Part shown: positions 32,613 through 34,612 of the stretch, in pieces
Layout of the letters: every line of letters starts with the position of its first letter
Position numbering within the stretch: position 1 is the first letter of the stretch
Virus genome (UHGV): UHGV-0271976
Strand: one strand, 5' to 3'
DNA: 34,612 bases
Source: a virus
The notes under the pieces: model-generated
Databases searched by the model: none
What the model saw: the letters and a program-made list of their open reading frames with translations, nothing else
What the model was told of the DNA's origin: nothing
Made by a program: the position numbers and the translations under genes

Positions 32613-33268
32613 CCGTCCATATTGACCAGACCGAGATTGACCGGGCGTTTGCCGACATGGAGCCGTCCTCGGCCCGGCACAAAACCGCCCTCCGCAAGTC
32701 CGGCGTCGCCCTGAGCCTGCTCATTCAGGAAACCCTGCGCCAGCAGGGCAAGGACTACTACGACGGCGCGGCGGACGCCACGACCATGGAAGAAACCGCC
32801 GAGGGCGTCAGCGTCTCCATCGCCTGGCGCGGCATCGGTCTTCACTGGATCGGCACGCAGGGTTATCTGGGCGGGCCGCTTCGCCCCACGGGGCGCACCT
32901 CGGAAATCACCGGGAACCCGATCCGGAACCTGGCTATCCCCACCATCAACGCCCCCCGCGGCCATGGCGGGGCCCGAAGCATTTACAGCGCCGGCTTCCG
33001 CAAAGAGGACTTGCAATTCATCCCCTCCAAAAACGGCGGGCGCAACGGCAATGTGACCGGCGTCCTCATCCTCAAGACGGCGCAATCAGCCACCGGAAAG
33101 AAAGCGGCCCGCAAACTGTTCCGCCAGGGATCCAGAACGGGCGACGTGCTCTACGTGCTGTGCCGCGAAGTCACGATCCCGCCCACGCCTGGAATTCTCC
33201 CGACGATGGACCGGATGGCGCAGCGCGCCGCGGAAACCTACCTCGCCAACATCGGAAACGCATCATGA
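32603..33268 (+). CDS. Hypothetical virion structural protein
   Basis: The ATG at 32603 overlaps the upstream stop. The product is 221 aa. Confidence 0.3.
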   Translation: MAVTVHIDQTEIDRAFADMEPSSARHKTALRKSGVALSLLIQETLRQQGKDYYDGAADATTMEETAEGVSVSIAWRGIGLHWIGTQGYLGGPLRPTGRTSEITGNPIRNLAIPTINAPRGHGGARSIYSAGFRKEDLQFIPSKNGGRNGNVTGVLILKTAQSATGKKAARKLFRQGSRTGDVLYVLCREVTIPPTPGILPTMDRMAQRAAETYLANIGNAS

Positions 33269-33792
33269 TCCCCTCCATCGACCAAACCATGTGCCGGCGC
33301 GTCATTGAGCGCCTCAAGAGCCTGGGAGCGCTGAACTGCCACATCTTCGAACGGCCCTTCGACCCCCAGTACGCCGCCAACGACATCATCATGTCGGCGA
33401 TGGGCAACAACGGCGTCGTTCTGGTGTGCCCCGGAGAAGCCGCCGAATACCAGGACGGGCACGGACAGACCGCCGTCCCGACCATGTGGCGGCAGTATTT
33501 CGTCATCGCCGCCATTTATCACAACGCGTCCCTGTTCCCCAAAGAATGCCTGACGCCGGATTACTATCTGCGCGCTATCGGCGACCTGATTGAGGAAACC
33601 CTTTGGGACTGGAACCCTTTTCCCTTTGCCGCTTCCGCCTCCATGAAAGGAAAGGTCAAGGGCCGCTTCGCTTCCTCCGCCCGCATTGACGGCGAGGAAC
33701 GGCAAATGAACGTTTTGACCGTGGACTACCGCGTCCCGGTCAACATCAACATACGAAACCATCCGCAATTCCATGAACACATCCAAAACTGA
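33265..33792 (+). CDS. Hypothetical virion structural protein
   Basis: The ATG at 33265 (ATGA overlap) opens a 175-aa ORF. Confidence 0.3.
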   Translation: MIPSIDQTMCRRVIERLKSLGALNCHIFERPFDPQYAANDIIMSAMGNNGVVLVCPGEAAEYQDGHGQTAVPTMWRQYFVIAAIYHNASLFPKECLTPDYYLRAIGDLIEETLWDWNPFPFAASASMKGKVKGRFASSARIDGEERQMNVLTVDYRVPVNINIRNHPQFHEHIQN

Positions 33793-34036
33793 CAAGAAGG
33801 CTGTGCGGAAGAACGTCCCCAAACCGGACGAACCCCGCGAAACCGCCGACAAAACGCCGGCAACGACCAACGAAAATAAGAAAACCACTGACAAGAAGGC
33901 CGTGCGGGTCATTCGCACCCGCGCCGAACTGGACGGAGGGCTGGTTCTCAGCCTCTCCATGAAAACCGACACCCCGGAACTTCCCGCGCCCGTCGCGGAA
34001 GCTCTGTCCACCCTCAACCTCGTTGACATCAAATGA
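33773..34036 (+). CDS. Hypothetical Lys/Thr-rich small protein
   Basis: The 87-aa ORF has a low-complexity basic N-terminus. Confidence 0.2.
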   Translation: MNTSKTDKKAVRKNVPKPDEPRETADKTPATTNENKKTTDKKAVRVIRTRAELDGGLVLSLSMKTDTPELPAPVAEALSTLNLVDIK

Positions 34037-34230
34037 GCAAAGCAACTGCAGCCAACACTGAACCGGAGAAGAAGACGGATCAGGCCCCCGTCATCGACAC
34101 GAACATTCTCATTCTCGCCAAAGAAGTGAGGATAGGGCGCTCAACCTTCTTGAAAGGAGCGCGCATCCGTGCTACAAAAGAACTCGCCGATAAACTGGAA
34201 GCCGACGGCAAGGCATCCATCATCTACTAA
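34033..34230 (+). CDS. Hypothetical small protein
   Basis: The 65-aa ORF is overlap-coupled to its neighbours. Confidence 0.2.
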   Translation: MSKATAANTEPEKKTDQAPVIDTNILILAKEVRIGRSTFLKGARIRATKELADKLEADGKASIIY

Positions 34231-34232
34231 CC

Positions 34233-34612
34233 ATTTCCAGCACCAGGGCTACTACATACGATCCCACATTCACAAACCGCAATGTTACGCCGCAGATTAC
34301 CGGCGTTCTGGCGATTTTCCTCCCCGACGGCATCAAGGTGACCGAAGACGGGGGAGTTTCCTACGTCACCGGGCCGGACCAGTTTCCGACGCCTCCCACG
34401 GCTCCGCCCGCCGATCCGACAGCCGGGCCTGAACAGCCCTGGGTGAGTTTCGGGCTTTTGGGGGCTTTCCAATCCGTCGCAACCCAGGTCGAAGGAGAAG
34501 TGACGCGCTTTTACGGCGGCGCGCTGGGCTACCGCCAGCAGCGCAAGAACACGACGACCGGCAAGCGGATGACCTTCACCACGCCGGACATGTCCCCCGA
34601 ATGGTTCCAGCT
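34233..34612 (+). CDS. Structural protein, 3'-truncated by the window edge; start codon unclear (ATT?)
   Basis: Frame-0 reading is open from 34194 to the window end with GC3-rich, protein-like sequence (...ITGVLAIFLPDGIKVTEDGGVSYVTGPDQFPTPP...FYGGALGYRQQRKNTTTGKRMTFTTPDMSPEWFQ). It is not in the ORF track, because there is no stop in the window and no canonical start near the 5' end. Confidence 0.3.
   Translation, partial: MSSTRATTYDPTFTNRNVTPQITGVLAIFLPDGIKVTEDGGVSYVTGPDQFPTPPTAPPADPTAGPEQPWVSFGLLGAFQSVATQVEGEVTRFYGGALGYRQQRKNTTTGKRMTFTTPDMSPEWFQ

Noticed and set aside
34233-34612. Tail sheath identity for the last partial ORF
   Set aside because: No sheath-type N-terminal motif (for example PGVY-like) is visible, so I left it as an unspecified structural protein.

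Overview
This 34.6-kb window is GC-rich (about 58-60% by eye, with strong GC3 bias) and reads as a near-complete temperate tailed-phage genome. All genes are on the + strand except the integrase, a repressor-like gene, a Cro-like gene and a foreign low-GC block.

Gene order, left to right:
- the 3' end of a tail/baseplate-like gene, then a tail-fibre-like gene;
- a lysis block: membrane protein, an overlapping i-spanin/o-spanin-like pair, and an Amidase_3 endolysin;
- a second structural block: an Ig/BACON-repeat tail protein, a coiled-coil tape-measure-like protein, a low-GC DUF4339-type membrane moron, and a 714-aa tail-tip-like protein;
- a GT-A-like gene, then a tyrosine integrase (-);
- a ~600-bp repeat-rich non-coding att/regulatory region;
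- an AT-rich immunity region with an HTH repressor-like gene (-) and a convergent small membrane peptide;
- an accessory early island: Bro-N, an HTH_17/excisionase-like gene, a Zn-ribbon membrane protein, and a 267-aa protein built from 21 near-identical 18-nt tandem repeats (hexapeptide G-D/N-A-E/K-V-F/S/C);
- a recombination module: RecT, a Cas4-like PD-(D/E)XK exonuclease, an acidic-tail protein, and RusA;
- two overlapping orphan DNA methyltransferases, one C5-cytosine and one NPPY-type;
- replication genes: a replisome-organizer-like gene and a DnaC-like loader;
- a perfect 2x17-bp tandem repeat, then a Cro/YdaS-like gene (-);
- a ~1.75-kb low-GC Firmicutes-type cassette with a strong-SD truncated serine recombinase and three small ICE/transposon-style genes;
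- a terminator and a sigma70-like promoter;
- TerS, TerL, and a Mu-like head module: portal, gpI-like protease/scaffold, a small head protein and the major capsid;
- further structural genes running off the right edge.

The integrase and the repressor sit back-to-back around an intact att-like region, with phage genes on both sides. This fits a circularly permuted or excised genome, or two tandem elements, rather than a single prophage with host flanks.

Four late genes have conserved 5' coding sequence that no in-frame ATG/GTG/TTG precedes: the amidase, TerS, the major capsid and the last partial gene. These need checking as non-canonical starts, frameshifts or decay.

I saw no rRNA, tRNA or CRISPR array. 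Functional calls come from motif and pattern recognition only; no searches were run.
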